This document shows positions 1-14,569 of a stretch of DNA of 64,000 nucleotides, one piece after another. Source of the stretch: Trichoplax adhaerens (lineage: Eukaryota; Animalia; Placozoa); the NCBI RefSeq assembly GCF_000150275.1, contig NW_002060947.1:157401-221400 (forward strand), read 5' to 3'. The first letter of the stretch is position 1. Each line of letters begins with the position of its first letter. The notes under the pieces are model-generated. The model saw only the letters and a program-made list of their open reading frames with translations, ran no database searches and was not told the origin of the DNA. The translations under genes and the position numbers were made by a program.

Positions 1-277
1 AATGGACATGTTGTAATCCGACTGTGAAAAATTAGTTAGTAGAAGTTCTCACCTAAGTATTTTTATAAGATGACTCATGAATGTTAGCTGCTGTAGAAGG
101 GTATATAAACCCGTCAAATAGCTGAATAAAATAGTTCTCAATTGTCTAATTGAATTTAACGTAGAATCAAAGGCGTCTAAATTCTTGTGAGGTAGTTAAG
201 GGATACTGAATCCCGGAGACTATAGCAATTTAGAGATTTGTTTTACGTTATCTTTGTCACGAAGCTGGTTTGTGACA
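1..277 (+). mobile_element. Solo-LTR-like element, family A (5' end unresolved or outside window)
   Basis: Positions ~65-277 match the reverse complement of ~27611-27815. Ends in ...GGTTTGTGACA. Contains ATGACTCAT (70-78), TATATAAA (102-109) and AATAAA (125-130) in LTR promoter order. Confidence 0.6.
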
Positions 278-325
278 ATGTATTAATAAACACTAGGAAT
301 GTACACGTTTTTGTATTTCATGCAC

Positions 326-670
326 TGATTCAAGAATAGATGGCCGACCAGAATGAGATTATAAATACCAAACTTTATTAAAGAGCTTTTCAATGAGTTG
401 AGCATTACATATATAGCGTTTTGCGACTGTATGTATGTTATTAATATATGCCGCGGAAGTACAAGATTTTACACTAGATAGATTGATTTCAGAACAGACA
501 TCTGGCTAGAATCGAATTATAAATACTAAGCTATTTTAATTGAAGTATATTAATAAATATCACAAAAGAATAGATTTCACACTTTAGAAATTGATTGAAG
601 AATAGATGTTCTGCCAGAATCAGGTTATAAATGCTAGATACTTTTAAAGAATATTACGATGAGTGAGGCA
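326..670. repeat. Three degenerate copies of a ~60-bp unit
   Basis: Core AGAA(T/C)AGA...AGAAT...TTATAAAT(A/G)C...TT..TTAA recurs near 330, 490 and 597. Confidence 0.5.
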
Positions 671-2170
671 TTACTTACCCACATACGCCAGTATATATCG
701 TTTTGGTTTGCTAAATTAAAAAAGTATGATGTTATGCAAGCGTAATATTGACTTTAACTCTGAAAAAGGCATGATAATCCATGCGTTATTTAATTAAGGT
801 TCGATCAAATTACAGTAGCTACAGGCCGCTAGATGGACACCCCTCTCTTTATGTTTATTTTGCATCCAGCTATTTTAATCTTAAGATAATCGAAATTTAT
901 CCTGTATTGACAAGACTATTATAATGAGTTGAAAAACACGTAAAGAAAAGATTTTTGTAAATAAATACAAAATTCGCGTACTAAACGGAGCAAAGTAATG
1001 TTTACTGCAAATTACATATGGTAATGTTTCGTTGGCTAATTTTATATTTCTCACGATATCAAGGGTAATTTCGCACTGTTAAAGTTAGTGCTATTAAAGT
1101 TGTAGCTCTTCGTAATTTTTAATTAATTTGTTTGCTAAGCCTTTAATAGAGAAAATTTGTTACGAAATCGTTACACAATCAGTGGCAGTAAATAGTTGCT
1201 TTCGGCAAAAAAGAGATATTTTGCATTGTCTGCATTTTGAGTACTTGCTTAAAATAACGCATCTTTAGTAATTGCTATTCTGTTCAGCTTCGAAACGCGA
1301 TCGTTACATTAGGTGTGTCTAGAATGTACGAAAAAATAACAATTTCGCCTAATTCTATAGGAAGCTATAAAGTTATGATAGATTGTTAGTTTTAAATTGC
1401 TGAATAATATAGGAATTATAACACTAATTTTAATTACACTTTGATAAAATCAGAAGAAAAACAGTTTGGTCAATATTATTGTGCAATACTGGTTCCTACT
1501 CTTAAACTTCAGAAGATTGCTATTGCTATTCTTTATATCAATTCAGCAGAGCTTACATTGCTGAGCTACTCCGATTAGTCAGTATTCTGAGAGAGACACT
1601 CGGGTAAGAAAATTCTGACGGGTTGCAAACCTAAATCAGTACGTCGAAAACAATAAGTGTTAACGATTTCTATATTGGTAATATATAAAGTTAAAGGTAA
1701 TATATAATGTACAAATTTCGTATAAGCTATTAATAGCTAAGCCATTTAAATCACGTTACTTTGGAAACCTCATCAAATATATCGAAGCTGTGTGACTATT
1801 ATACTAGTTCTTCTTTATGATTTTGTAAACTAAAAGTATGAAAATTAATACTTTGATACAATTATTTATTATATTGAGTTGATTTAGAGACGTATAGGAA
1901 TAAGATATACTTTCAAATAGCTTTAAAATTAAAGTCTATTACCTGTAGAATTGCAAGTTTTCGAAATTACTTGTTTTGCACGATATAATGTAATTATTAC
2001 TGTAATTGTTAAATATTGCGTGCCATCTTTATTAAGGTAATTTAACACTAAAGACATGCCTCAACGAGCATTTTATATATTTATAGCATTGTAAATGGAA
2101 TAGATCATACTTAATAATAACTAAATAGTAACTCATAAGCTCGCTAAACGTTCATTTTCGTTTAAGATAG

Positions 2171-3050
2171 TATTGCTTTCATGCTGCTATGAGTAATTGA
2201 AGCCATACCTCGGCCATTATTTACAAGCGATTCTGGATGGTGTCGTCTGTATTATGGTCCTATCCTTATATCTTCTTACAGCTGTGCAATCATTCTAGTT
2301 GCCTTAGCCATTATTCGCTATCTAAATATAGCCTGTTATCATCAATATTTCTATTATGTAACGCGTAAAAGTATGTTGATAGCGACGTTGGCTGCATGGA
2401 TTATTGCCGCATTATGCACTGGTCCTACAATTATTGGTTTTTGGGGTAAATTGGATTATGACAGTCATTACGGGTTATGCTCATCTTCTTATGGTCAAAA
2501 AATGGATACCAATCATTTCACATATAATATAATTATTTTTACTACCTTCTCTTGTATTTTCCATCTTGTCACTAGTTATTGTTATTGTCAAATTTATCGA
2601 TGCTTGCGATTAATTAAATTTAGAAAAAGTTATAATCCAGCTAATGATGTTCGCCATCAAACTTATACAATTGCCATTAATGATAGAGTTTCATCGTAAC
2701 ACATTCCTTGGGCACAACGAGAATACAGAATCACCTTGATATTATTTATTATATTTATGGGCTATATTATAACATATGGTCAAACCGCAATTGTTATTAT
2801 TTTTCAAGTTGCTGGTATCGTTACGGCAAGTAGTCTTCGATCCTGCATCCTATTCACTGTGATGTGCTCTAATAGTGTTGCCAATCCGTTTATATTATTA
2901 CTGAGTAGTCGAAATTATCGCAGTATTTTCATAGCAAAATTACATTCTCTTCTACGTTCATATATTTTGTTAACTCGTCGACGAATAGCAGTTAGAGGTA
3001 TTACTCCAACATATACACAAATACAAAGAATGAAGCTGTTTACGACCTAA
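2171..3050 (+). pseudogene. GPCR cluster gene 1, exon 2 of a class A GPCR pseudogene (exon 1 not found in window)
   Basis: Acceptor ...gatag at 2169-2170, same phase as paralogs. Frame reads IAFMLL*VIEAIPRPLFTSDSGWCRL...AIIRY...FWGKLDYD...C...SNSVANPFILL. In-frame stops TGA 2190-2192 and TAA 2697-2699. The track ORFs 2373-2699 and 2736-3050 are the same frame. Confidence 0.85.
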
Positions 3051-6000
3051 ATTTCTGGTAGCAATTACCAGCTATTTCCTTTAAGATAAACAGCCATTTT
3101 AAAATAGCTGATTAAATACGTAACGAAAGCTTATCAGCACAAATACTCTAATTTGGGAATGGAATAACAGCAAAACAGCCCAATATTTCACTAACAATGT
3201 AACCTGATTGGTGATCATTATTAACCCAAACAAGGAAACATCAAAAATGAAATTCGAGATAAAATATTAATACTCAGAAAACGGTTAATACTTTCCTTCC
3301 TTCAATAACTTAACTATGCTACCGATAGAACGTCTAAGAAGTGCTAACGTTTTGCATATATAGAAATATTTACTACGTGTATCCATCAATAGTAATACCT
3401 AACTTGAGTTATATTAATACGAAAGTTTATCGATTCTATATCAGATATAATTATAGTTTACGAAATATCTCGCGAAAGCTCTTAGTAACAAATTGGTGTA
3501 GTAGTATTCAATTTACATACTGCTCTGAAAAGAACTGCACTTTGTATAACTCAATTAGCGTTCAAACTTTCTTATAGTAATTATCAGTAATTTCGTACCA
3601 GAGTTAATCTTCCCCAAATACATAATAGAATAATTCAATGATTTCGCAAATGTTTAATGACTTTGACTACGCGGTTGGTTCTCCTACAGTGTAATCTGCG
3701 AGCTATTTAGGCCACGTCACGTTTATAAATTTAATCTTTAAAGCCTAAATTCAATGACCTTTTATTACTTGAATAAAATACTACAAAACTAATTATAGCA
3801 TTACAACATTGCTCAAAATTTTGAAAGAATAATTATTTACTGATTTGCCTGTTTGATATAGATAGAATTTCCGTACATAAATGCTTGATACTGACATCTT
3901 GTTCGAAAATTTTGCTATCACAAAACACTAATTTGGTGTTACTGTTCATGGCGGACAGCATGAATATCAAACTTACAATAGAATGTTTAATTTATGCTAC
4001 TTGGCACTGAAGTTTGATATTTTCATCTGTTTGCATTCGGTAATTGGTAATATTCGTTATTTACCCTAAACGAATAATATGCTAGCGTTTTGTATAACAA
4101 AATGGATTAATTACCGTATTTATCAAATTGTCGTTTTAATATGCTCAGTTAAACTGAGTTGACTCTTTATTGAATGTTAACTTATAAGTAAGCGTCTTGA
4201 TTTTATGGTAGAAGAGTAGCGTTAAAAATTAAACTAATTAAAATATAATTAACTAAAATTGTCTGTAATTTGATGATGTAGCAGTTATCGGTAGTGTATG
4301 CACAGTTTGAGTATAAGGTTTAGAATAAGCAATCGGAAGTTATATAGTTCTAGATTAGGCTTTATGTAAAGTGATGATCTTAAAATGTATCACTTTGTTA
4401 TATTAATGGTCTTGCAGTAGTTTTTGGAGTCCTCTCTTCCGATCATAATCGATTCTTTAACATTTAATATTGATCCAGTTTTGTTCAAAATATTTGTAAA
4501 AATAAATATAATTGGCCAGTTAATTAATATATCTGTAATGAATTGCATTAGCTTCTGAATGACTTGATAAGATGAAACTGGTACCTCGTTATTTGAGAGT
4601 AAAAATTTCGGCTAATTATTGTAGTAACATGAAGTAAGGTAGCGTTAGGAAAAAATAATCTGACATTCTTAATAAGGTAATTCTAAGATGGCTAGTATGA
4701 TGAACGGTATCACTGTACTATTTGTACTATGGATGCATAAGGCAGTAGCTAACAAAGGTATACAGTTACAATTTTGTGTAATTTACTAATGTGATTCCTA
4801 AATTGTAAGTAATTGCTGTTTTAGTAGAGGCTAAAGTCGATTATCCGGTTTATTGTGGCCACTTTCAACTGTTATTATGAAGGAAAGAAAAATGAATTTA
4901 TATCCGTCAGGGTTGCCATAAATACATGATACTTTTAAAGTTAAGCACGGTGTTAACCAAATTGTGTCACGTTGGAGATTTAATCCGTTTAAATAACTTA
5001 AATTTTTAGTATTGATTGTAAACTTAAATGGTTATAGAACCCATTAACTGCAATAGGCTTATGAGCATACATTAATTATACACCAATACGGTTAGAATTT
5101 CCTCATAACTCGCCTTGTATCTACATAAATTACGCTCATCATTTATGCTGCCCATTGATAAACTGATTTTTATACATTATATGTATTATTTTGATACTTT
5201 ATTATATATAAGTTAGGTGTTGGGCTCTAATTTATTGAAGGTCAATGCTATACTGTAGGTTATACATTAGGAAAAATTAGTGCCGGCTGCTTACTTATTA
5301 AAAAGAAGATTGTTTTATAAGCCGTAAAGAAAATGAAATGTTTAAGAATATTTAATTTTCAAACAACTTAGTATTTAATAATTGCAAATATCCAACACAA
5401 GAACAGTTTTAGTAATAAAATATCGATCAATTCGGTTTAGCTATTTTGCTGGAATCAATCTGAAGCAGATAGTTTTTTTAGTAAACCTTGTAGGTTAGAC
5501 ATACGTAGTGTAATTTATATTTTTAGTTCCATTTCGACATTCATGATGTTCTTCAATACTGACCTACTTCATGATTTATATCCTATACTTCTTCACATTG
5601 CAAGTACTTATAACACTCTTCTCCGACTATTTTGATATGCGTATTCATGGAGAGAATAGCTATTGCAAGGAAGTTGTGTGATTTATTTGCTACCATTTGC
5701 AATACTTTAATGAGTGTACAAGGTGTACAGTAATTTTTCTTCTTTTGAAAGAGTTTCAGATAGAAATATTGGAGCCAAATCAAAGATATTAAGAAACTCA
5801 AGACTAATCGAATATTTAGCTGTCTTATCGCTGAAGGCTAACTTTTATGGCTGTTATTTCAATACCAGCATAGCGTGACTTTTATCGAAATTAATTATCT
5901 TGTCTTCTGGGTTTATTGTAATAAATAGAGATCACACGACATCTGGCAGTTGAGTAATGTTTGAAAAACTTTCTGGCATCTGGCTAAAGTAATTAAAAAG

Positions 6001-6785
6001 CTTTTATTTTATGAATGCATCACCGTAAATTAAATTAATGAAAGTCAAATTGGTGGCTGATTAATTACTGATGTTCTTCCATAGTCTTATGTATTTGCTA
6101 ATTTCTATCTCTATTCTATTTTTAATTTATTATGTTTTAATACCAAAGTACTCCTTGGTTTATTGTTATTTCGGCATACTAAAGGTTTTATTAATTAAGG
6201 AAGCTTTATTGAATAGCAATAAGCCGATTAATCATTGATATTTACTGGAATTTAAGCTAAATGTAAATTTTTTTATTTATATATTTATTATGATCAATTA
6301 AGACCTCAACTGACTACAGGTCTGCTTATCGTTATTATTGTATAAGGTATACTGGCATTAAATTAATAGATTTGTGTGGCTTCGATAATCATTAATTCCT
6401 GTTTATTATAGAAATTTTTTTCTAACTTTCTGATTTAAATTATATGACTATATATTTACTGCAAATCGTATAGTAAAGCTTAAACGCAGTTCACGTTTAT
6501 ATTAGTAGCAATCTATTACATGAGTTAGTTAGCATCAATTATCTTCAATATGATATTATGTAGCACTTAATTACTATGATGACGGTGCTGTATTTGGATT
6601 TTACCAAATATTTTAATGCCGTTAGTAGTTTCTAATTAGCGTTTCAATCAAATTATTTAATTTTACATAAGTAGTCTATTTATTCTGATAGTTTTTGATT
6701 GGTATATTGATATATGCGGATTCAATACCTGATGGCTAAACGATATTTTCGGCAATGATGGTAAAATGGCATGAAAACTTACGCC

Positions 6786-9374
6786 ATGAATATTACTGAT
6801 AATGCAACAAGAAGTAATTTTAATGTTGAAGACATTCCCCGAAAGGTGCAAGATATATTATCCCTCGTTTGGATTATTTCTCTGATTATATCCAGTTTAG
6901 GTACGGTTATATCCTTATAGACTATATGGAAATGAAATAAAACCAAAATTTCACCAATTGAAATTGTCATAGCGAATCTTTTAGTGGGCGACTTTTGTTT
7001 TGTCGTATCTTGGTAAGTTGGTTTGTAACAATAGAAAATCAAATTGGAACGATAGCTGAAATTTTACAGCCTAATTTTGCCAAACATGATTTAATCTGAT
7101 TTTATTGCTTCTTGACTGAAATATGTATTTAATTACCGATCTTTAGTTTCACATAATGCATAATCTCTTTCTATCTGAGTGCAGACTATTTTATTTACTG
7201 TAATTGCTTTATCATATTCAGTAATCCATATGCTGTAAATATCGTAATACGCTGTGAGGACTTTTAAGATAGTTGGATGCCGTAGCTACTGCATCATAAG
7301 CTATTAATACTAGAAAGCAGTTCAGGCAATATAAATGAGGTGATATATCCTGAAAATGTAAGCAGGATAAGAAAGAGAATAGTTATGTTGATGGAATACT
7401 TCATACATTTAAGGTATAAAAATTGTGACGATAATTAGTTCCTAATAATTGTAATATAAGTTAATATTGTGCACACTGTACAATACTGATCTTACTAAAA
7501 CAGATATCCTAAGCACTCACTATTTTTTCTATATAATATCCGTAAATAAAATTGTTGTTCCCAGCTAATGGATAAGGTAAAATTTATGAAGTTACAATTA
7601 GAAATATTAGGAGTGCTTTTCACCCTATTCGACAAATTATCAAATGTTTTTAGTTAAAAATAAGTTCTAGCTCTATTCTAGTTTCCTAACTAAAATAAAA
7701 TCTAAGAGTAGAAGTGAGCAAATTATACAATAATAAATAGATTGCAATCATTTGTGTAGTGTATTTAGAATATACTGTAACTATATTCTACTCTTAAATA
7801 TAGACATGTTGTATTGCTCTTATATTTAAACAGATCTACAGTCCGCTTACTCTACATTCATATATAGACTACTGTATTTAGTTATTACGGTACTCGCTGT
7901 TTTCTACAATCATCTGCTATTTTGTAACCTGTTATGGTATATGTTGTATCTAATTCCACAATCCTATTCTCTGCATGTGCTCTATCTTTAAAACTATAAA
8001 TACCAGCGATTTCTACCTCAGAGTTCATTAGCCTCTCAGTTAGTCTTCTAGTTAGTCTCTCACAGTCTAATACTTCTACTCGTTACTCACGACAGCTTGC
8101 ACGCTGATCTACCGTAACTACCTCACTGTACTTCACATTACTAACCTACAATAAAGCATAACTTTTATAAACCCTTTGTTGTAATAATTGTAAATGGCGA
8201 CTAAATCTCAATCCTCTGAGATATCGAACCCTCCATCACAATTTGGTTGCATATATTATTAGTTTGATTAATTATAGGTTGATAAGTCAGATCAGAAATA
8301 TTCCAATTATAAGTAAAAGCTGTATCGATTTTAACAAATATATAGTAGAAGCTCCTCAGTTTAGCTTATAAATTTAGTGCTAAAAATATAAGGTTAGACA
8401 GTACAGCAATAAGATAAAAAATGATCAAAATATTACAAGTAGTTTAGAATGGGTATTAAAAATTCATTATATTTTGTCTTAGTATCATTTATCTTTTACC
8501 TGTTGGCACCAGTATCATCCCAAAGCCAATATTTTCGAATGATTCGTTTTGGTGTAGACTACATTATGGTCCTATTATGGCGACTTCATTTGCTACTGCC
8601 ATGCTATTGGCTGTAATTGCAATTTTATGTTACTTGATTACGGTAAAGAATCGTAATGTTCTTCATTTATTAAATTCTAAACGCATTTTCGTAATTATTT
8701 CTGCCATATGGTTTATTGCAATCTTAAGTTTAGCTCCTGCTGTTATTGGCTTCTGGGGTAAACTAGTTTACGATCCTTATTATGGCATATGTATACCCGA
8801 TTTTTACTTTACAAACAACCTTAATCATCTAACATACTACATCTTGATTACAATTATTTTCTTTTGCTGTATCAATTGTACTACCGGCTACTGCTATTAT
8901 TTTATCTATAAACACATTCTTTCAAAAAAGCGGAAAGCTATCAAACCTTTAAAAGCAAAGAAACAACAAAAGCATGCTGGCTCACGATTGGGTAATCGCT
9001 GCAGTTATAATCCTCAAACAGTGCAAACCTTGTGGAATAAAAAGCAAGAAAGAGTTAATTTGGTGTTGCTTATGATATTCTTAGGTTATTGGATTAGTTA
9101 CAGTCCTGCAGCAATTGCCACTTTTTTGCAGATAACCAATACTATTAATTTGAATATATTGCAATATAGTATCTTGCTGATTTTGATGTATTCAAACAGC
9201 GTTTTAGGTCCTTACATAATACTATTAAGTAGCCAACGATATCGTAACTTCTTAAGGAGCAGGATGTACCAGTGCGTTCTAGACATGTCTCAATATAGCA
9301 ATCCTAAACTAAGTCGAACTAAAATTGTTAGACTAGCACCTATTCCGTCAAAAGTGTCTCATGACATTTTCTGA
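6786..9374 (+). pseudogene. GPCR cluster gene 2 (exons 6786-7012, 8483-9374); two stops in exon 1
   Basis: Exon 1 reads MNITDNATRS...VWIISLIISSLGTVISL*TIWK*NKTKISPIEIVIANLLVGDFCFVVS, with TAG 6918-6920 and TGA 6933-6935. Donor TG|gtaagt at 7013, acceptor ttag at 8481-8482. Exon 2 is fully open 7TM sequence but has LCY for xRY and GPY for NPY. Confidence 0.85.
7755..8240 (+). mobile_element. Solo-LTR-like element, family D (486 bp), in the intron of gene 2
   Basis: TGTAGT...ATCACA termini. Perfect 5-bp TSD ATTTG (7750-7754 and 8241-8245). TATAAATA 7995-8002 and AATAAA 8150-8155. Single copy in window. Confidence 0.7.
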
Positions 9375-12300
9375 TTCTACGATATACCTACTGATATAGA
9401 GGCAAGAACAATATCAAGATACCCACTTAACAGGATTTAGCGACTATATAAGAAAAGACAAAGATTAAAGTAATCATATATTAAATTATGGCTATCAATT
9501 ATCTTATTAGTGGATTGATTCGTACTGGAAAAATGGTGTATTTGTCTTAATTCATATCTGAAATTATAATGATATAGAGGTAATAGTTTGACAGTAAATT
9601 AATTATTTGCTATTCGAGCAGCAACTTTAAAACTGATAATTTATACTTATTTTATACCTACGGTACATAAATACAATAACTACGTAGAATATTAGGGTAG
9701 TCATCTTTAATCAAATAAAGTAAGATTTTATTTAATTTATGATTTAATTTTATTAACATAATTTAATTCCAGAAGATTTGTTACGCCAGTTTGCCGGTGA
9801 ATGACATGATATGCATATCACGAATAAATATAAATATATTGGTTATTCATTTAATTTGATATCAGTAAAAACGTGCTGACTTATAAGTTATAAGCCAAAC
9901 CCTCGATTACAGGAAGGAAGTGCTACCGACACTTTCTGGATTGGTATATTGCCAAGCTCTTTCGTAATTTTTTAATCAATGGATTTAGCAGTGAGTTATT
10001 CGCTTAAAGTGACAAACTGAACATCAAATTGTATTAGTCTGCTAAAATTTCAGAAAATGTCTAGGCTAATTTGTCATTGCTTAGCAGAAAGGTTAGTTAG
10101 AATAACTACGGTAATTTTAACTTTTGATTTAAATTAGTCTACTTAAAAATTAAGTCCCTACGCATACACATTTTATAGAATTAGTTGAATAAGAACTGAT
10201 TTTATAATATTCGATATTAGTGGCAAGGTCCTTTCTCAGGCTACATTATGTGAGTCTTGTAATATATCAGCTAGCTTGAGTAGTTCAATGTAGTTGAAAA
10301 ATTACTATCTCATAATGCAATATTACTCAGATACTGTGGTGGTATTCAATTTATACTAAATCTGACTGAATTCTAAGAATTTTCGTTAAGGTTTCTCAAG
10401 CTTATATGGTATTGATTGCTTGTATAGTACGGTAGCAATATCTTGCAATGGTTTGCTACCTATTGATTTGCTTTAAAAGTATGATTTGATTAATCGTAAT
10501 TCTGTGGACAGTTGCCAATTTTTATAGTTTATGATCTAGTAATAATAAGCTAGGTCCTTTATTTACTTAAAAACATATTACCGTTAAATTGTAAATTGCA
10601 GTAGAGATTTTGCGCTTTAATTATACTTTGCAACTCTTTAACTGTAATCTCAGTTCTACTGCGTAAAATAAACTAATAAAGCTACCAGTTTAGTAGCGTA
10701 GTATATACGTTGATTATAATGTTATCTGTAGAAGAAAATGTAGAGTAGTACCGATTGTATCTGTACAGAAACCAATACATGAAGAATAATTCTACTTAAT
10801 ATTAAGCTGCGAGGTAGTTTTACCGTAACAACGAAGGTATAGTATCCTCATTTAATATAGTATCATTTTACACTATCTTTTTATGCGACAACCTCGGCCG
10901 TGCTAAGCTAATATTCTTAGCTTAGCACAAAGATACTTGATGTCGTTTCATTCCTTTGATAATTTTTCATTTTGTAAGCTCCCTTTTTGACTGTTAAAGA
11001 ATCATTGCCCTCAAACTGTTTACTCGCTAGATTAAAGACTTATAATACAGTGTTATGTACATTATTGGATAATTAATATCTATAGAGAAAAATAAAAACT
11101 GTAATCTCATTCAATGGCACAAAAAACATCAACAGTTTAGAGATATAAGCTATAATATTGTATACATTAAATATTAAAATGACGTGATGAATACAAAGCT
11201 CATTTGTTCTTTTAAGGTTTCTAGGAATTTCGAATAATTAACAATTATAATTAAAATTTTATAATGCTAGCATGAGTGTAAGATTTTTAAAATAGTTGTT
11301 ATAAATAATGATATCAATTAGTCAATCAAACTATAAAATGCATTACTTGATATGTTACAAATTACTTATTATCTATCCTCTTGTAGAAGGATGTTTAATG
11401 TGACTTAAGTTTTAAAGAACGTAGTCTTTATTAAGAGGATATTATTTCATGTTTTCAATTAGTATAATCCTGACTTTGTATATTTTTGAAAATGTCGACT
11501 AACCACTATTATCTTATAGAAATACATAATATTTTATTAAATTGTTTGCTTTCGTAAATTCTAATTATTATTATATTTTTAGCTCAAGATACGTACCGTC
11601 CATAAAACTAATAATAATAGAAAAGAAAATTTTAGAATCTTACTACAATACTACTTTGCCCCTGTGTTATTTAGGGGGAACACCTCTTCATTTTAATCTA
11701 AGGCCAGAAACGCACAAAAGCGCTAAAAGTAGTACCAGACAATACTAAATACTTATAATTGCACGAAAAAATATTTTTTGAACTACTGCAGAATATGCTA
11801 CATCAATTCCTTCTCTACTTCTGTTTTTTCGAACCGCCTGACTAGTCAGCAACGCTATCTTTTACTTGTTACGTACCGAAGTTGGTAGCACCTTAACTTT
11901 AAGATGACAGCTTTATTTATACTAAATTAATCGTGATTGGATTATTAAAAAAATAATGTAAGTACTGACAGATTCTATTTTATCATTCTCTTTGAAATTA
12001 ACCGCTAATCTTCTCATGCATCAATTTTCAGCTGTATTTAAAACTTAAACGGGCGTATAATTTGCGAAATATATCGGTCGATTATACTTTGTACTTTAAG
12101 TCCATCGAATAAACATCGAAAGTTTATGTCAATCATCTGCTACAATGAATTAATAGTAGACATGAGGTAAATTATTAAAGAAGAGATGTTATTGATAGCT
12201 CAAAACGCTTTATAGAATGGTCACATTATACAATGCAATCTAAAGTAGGATACGCACTGTAGAAATATATTGTATGATCAAAACTATAGATAGTAAATAG

Positions 12301-14569
12301 TTTTATGCACGTATATCCTTGTCAACTGCTGCAGGAAGTAATACATTAACAAATCAGAAGAAATAAGACAGCATTGGTTATCAATATAGTTTACGTCGTT
12401 TAATCTAACTGAAATAGGGGATTTTACTAATACTTTCCGTACTAAACTCCTATGCACGGGGCCATATTATTAGAATCGTTCAAGTATTGATTGCTACGAA
12501 AGGTATAGATTAGTCGGATTGCATTTGTATAGAAGTAGCTATAGACAATCACTATAGTGCCATAGTAGGTGCAGCATTGGAGCTGATACCTATGTGTGAA
12601 TGTGTCAAATTAGTATCCCCCTGTAATCTTTAAAGCAATGTTACTGACAAGGTACATTTAGTTTAAAATATAAAAACAGTTTCATCTAGAATGTTTAAAC
12701 CCAACAATAAATGCAAAAAATTACGATTTATTATTGCAAATCAGTTTATTTACTCTTGTAGGTGAATAAAAGATTTCAATTTTAATGTTTGCGGAGAGGT
12801 ATACAGCGGTAATTAAACAATGAAATAAATTGAATGTGTTAGTTGAATGGAGTAAAATGTTATCGTAGTTTAGTCATGAAATTCAAGCTAACGGACTACC
12901 GTACTCTATTATACTCGTCCGTATATTAATTAATACGCGATTTTATTGTTACGTTAATTAATGGCTAGCACTTGAATTTATTTGTAATCAATGCCAATAA
13001 TGGTAGTTGATTATTGAGCGTTTATCTATAGGCAAAATACCGTCATTGACGTCAATATTCAATAAGACGAAAGTTTTAGAATTGAAATTCTCGTCCAAGT
13101 ACTTTTCAGTTGATGTTAGATCATACATAATGGGAGTATCGTCTCATTAAACTACAGTGACCGCATCTATCAAGTTTTTCAATGCTATTAAGCAGAATTT
13201 TAAAACCGTTTTATTAAAAATACTTTAATTAATTTTTAGCCCTGAAATGTAATCTATTATAAATTATTAACGTAGTTAAAAAAGGAAATGACGATAATTA
13301 CTGAATTGATACTAGCACTTAAATTGCAGATATTATTTTAGAATTAAATATGGTAAAAGGGGAAAATTCTTGGTATCGGTGACTGGAGCATCAAAGTTGA
13401 TTACCAATATTTCTACTGATTAGATATATTAATCCTGAATTCTTTGTCAGGAATGCTTTCGACAGCTTATTTTACATAAAATTACGAGAACCATTGTGCT
13501 CTTTAATGCGTTACTGCAGTAGTCAGCTATCAGAACTGAACTATTACTTTGTTAACCGGAAACTTAATAAATGATAGTTCATTAAAATGGCCTTTAAGGT
13601 TGGAATTGAATTATATTGTTAAGTATTTCAAACTGAAACTTTGAAAATTAATTTCTATCATAGCTCTATCACATTTATCTGATCCTTAACTGGTGCTAAT
13701 CAAAGTTAATGCCATTATATAATTCCTATTACAACATTCTCTATAAGTAAAATATTTCAAAATGATTATTGGAATTATTTTTAAAGCTGTGAGAAACAAA
13801 GGCAAAAGATTAGATGATGATTAAGGGAAAGCTTGCATAATACTTATAATAGCGTCTTTATTTTCTTTTTCCCCTTCTATTCCGGCTTGATTAACCAGTT
13901 TTATTAATTTACTCAATGTTATTATTTAAAATGTGCAGAGGCTTAAACAATAAGTGGCACACTCTATAATACTAGATCATAACTAGAATATAGTGTGTTT
14001 ATTACGATATTTTTGATTTGAACAAATTAGTTGCAGCAGATAAGGTTCAATAATTATTGTGAAGAGAATGTTTTATATTTCATGTTCACATCAAGAAATA
14101 CACCAACTCACAATAAGTAAGAAAGGCTTCACTTGCTTCAAAAATGACCAACTATCATTACTAAGCGTAAAATTTCGGTATATCATTTGTATAAGGACTA
14201 AATTTAAGAAAAATACCTTAATTTAGAATTAAATTTCGATTCTTTATTAATTTCAGTGGATTTTGTTATTATGACGTATTGACAAGATAATTCAATGATT
14301 TAATATCAACATTACAAGGCAGGGAATTTAAAGTTGTCAAATTTCTTCTCCTTTTATATTGTGACCATCACAATTTGTGATCAGATTCTAGTTATAAATA
14401 TTGGTTCTATTAGGTTTTCTTTATTGTTTTTGAATCGAAAGCATTAGAGTTACACGTATGCGTGAAAGGAATCGGTTATAGTCTGATTGTCACAGATCCC
14501 CACGATATTGAAATAAAACTACCATTTAGAATTTGATTTATCTGGCTAACCACAAATGTTTTCATAGGA

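Noticed and set aside
2190-6935. Stop-codon readthrough or an alternative genetic code rescuing genes 1 and 2
   Set aside because: Each gene has two different stop types plus damaged conserved residues. Intact genes in the window terminate normally with TAA and TAG.
6663-7042. Minus-strand ORFs over GPCR exon 1 (also 19340-19531, 37774-37971) and alternate-frame ORFs 55305-55529 and 55732-56061
   Set aside because: They are shadow frames of real or decayed GPCR exons with no independent features.
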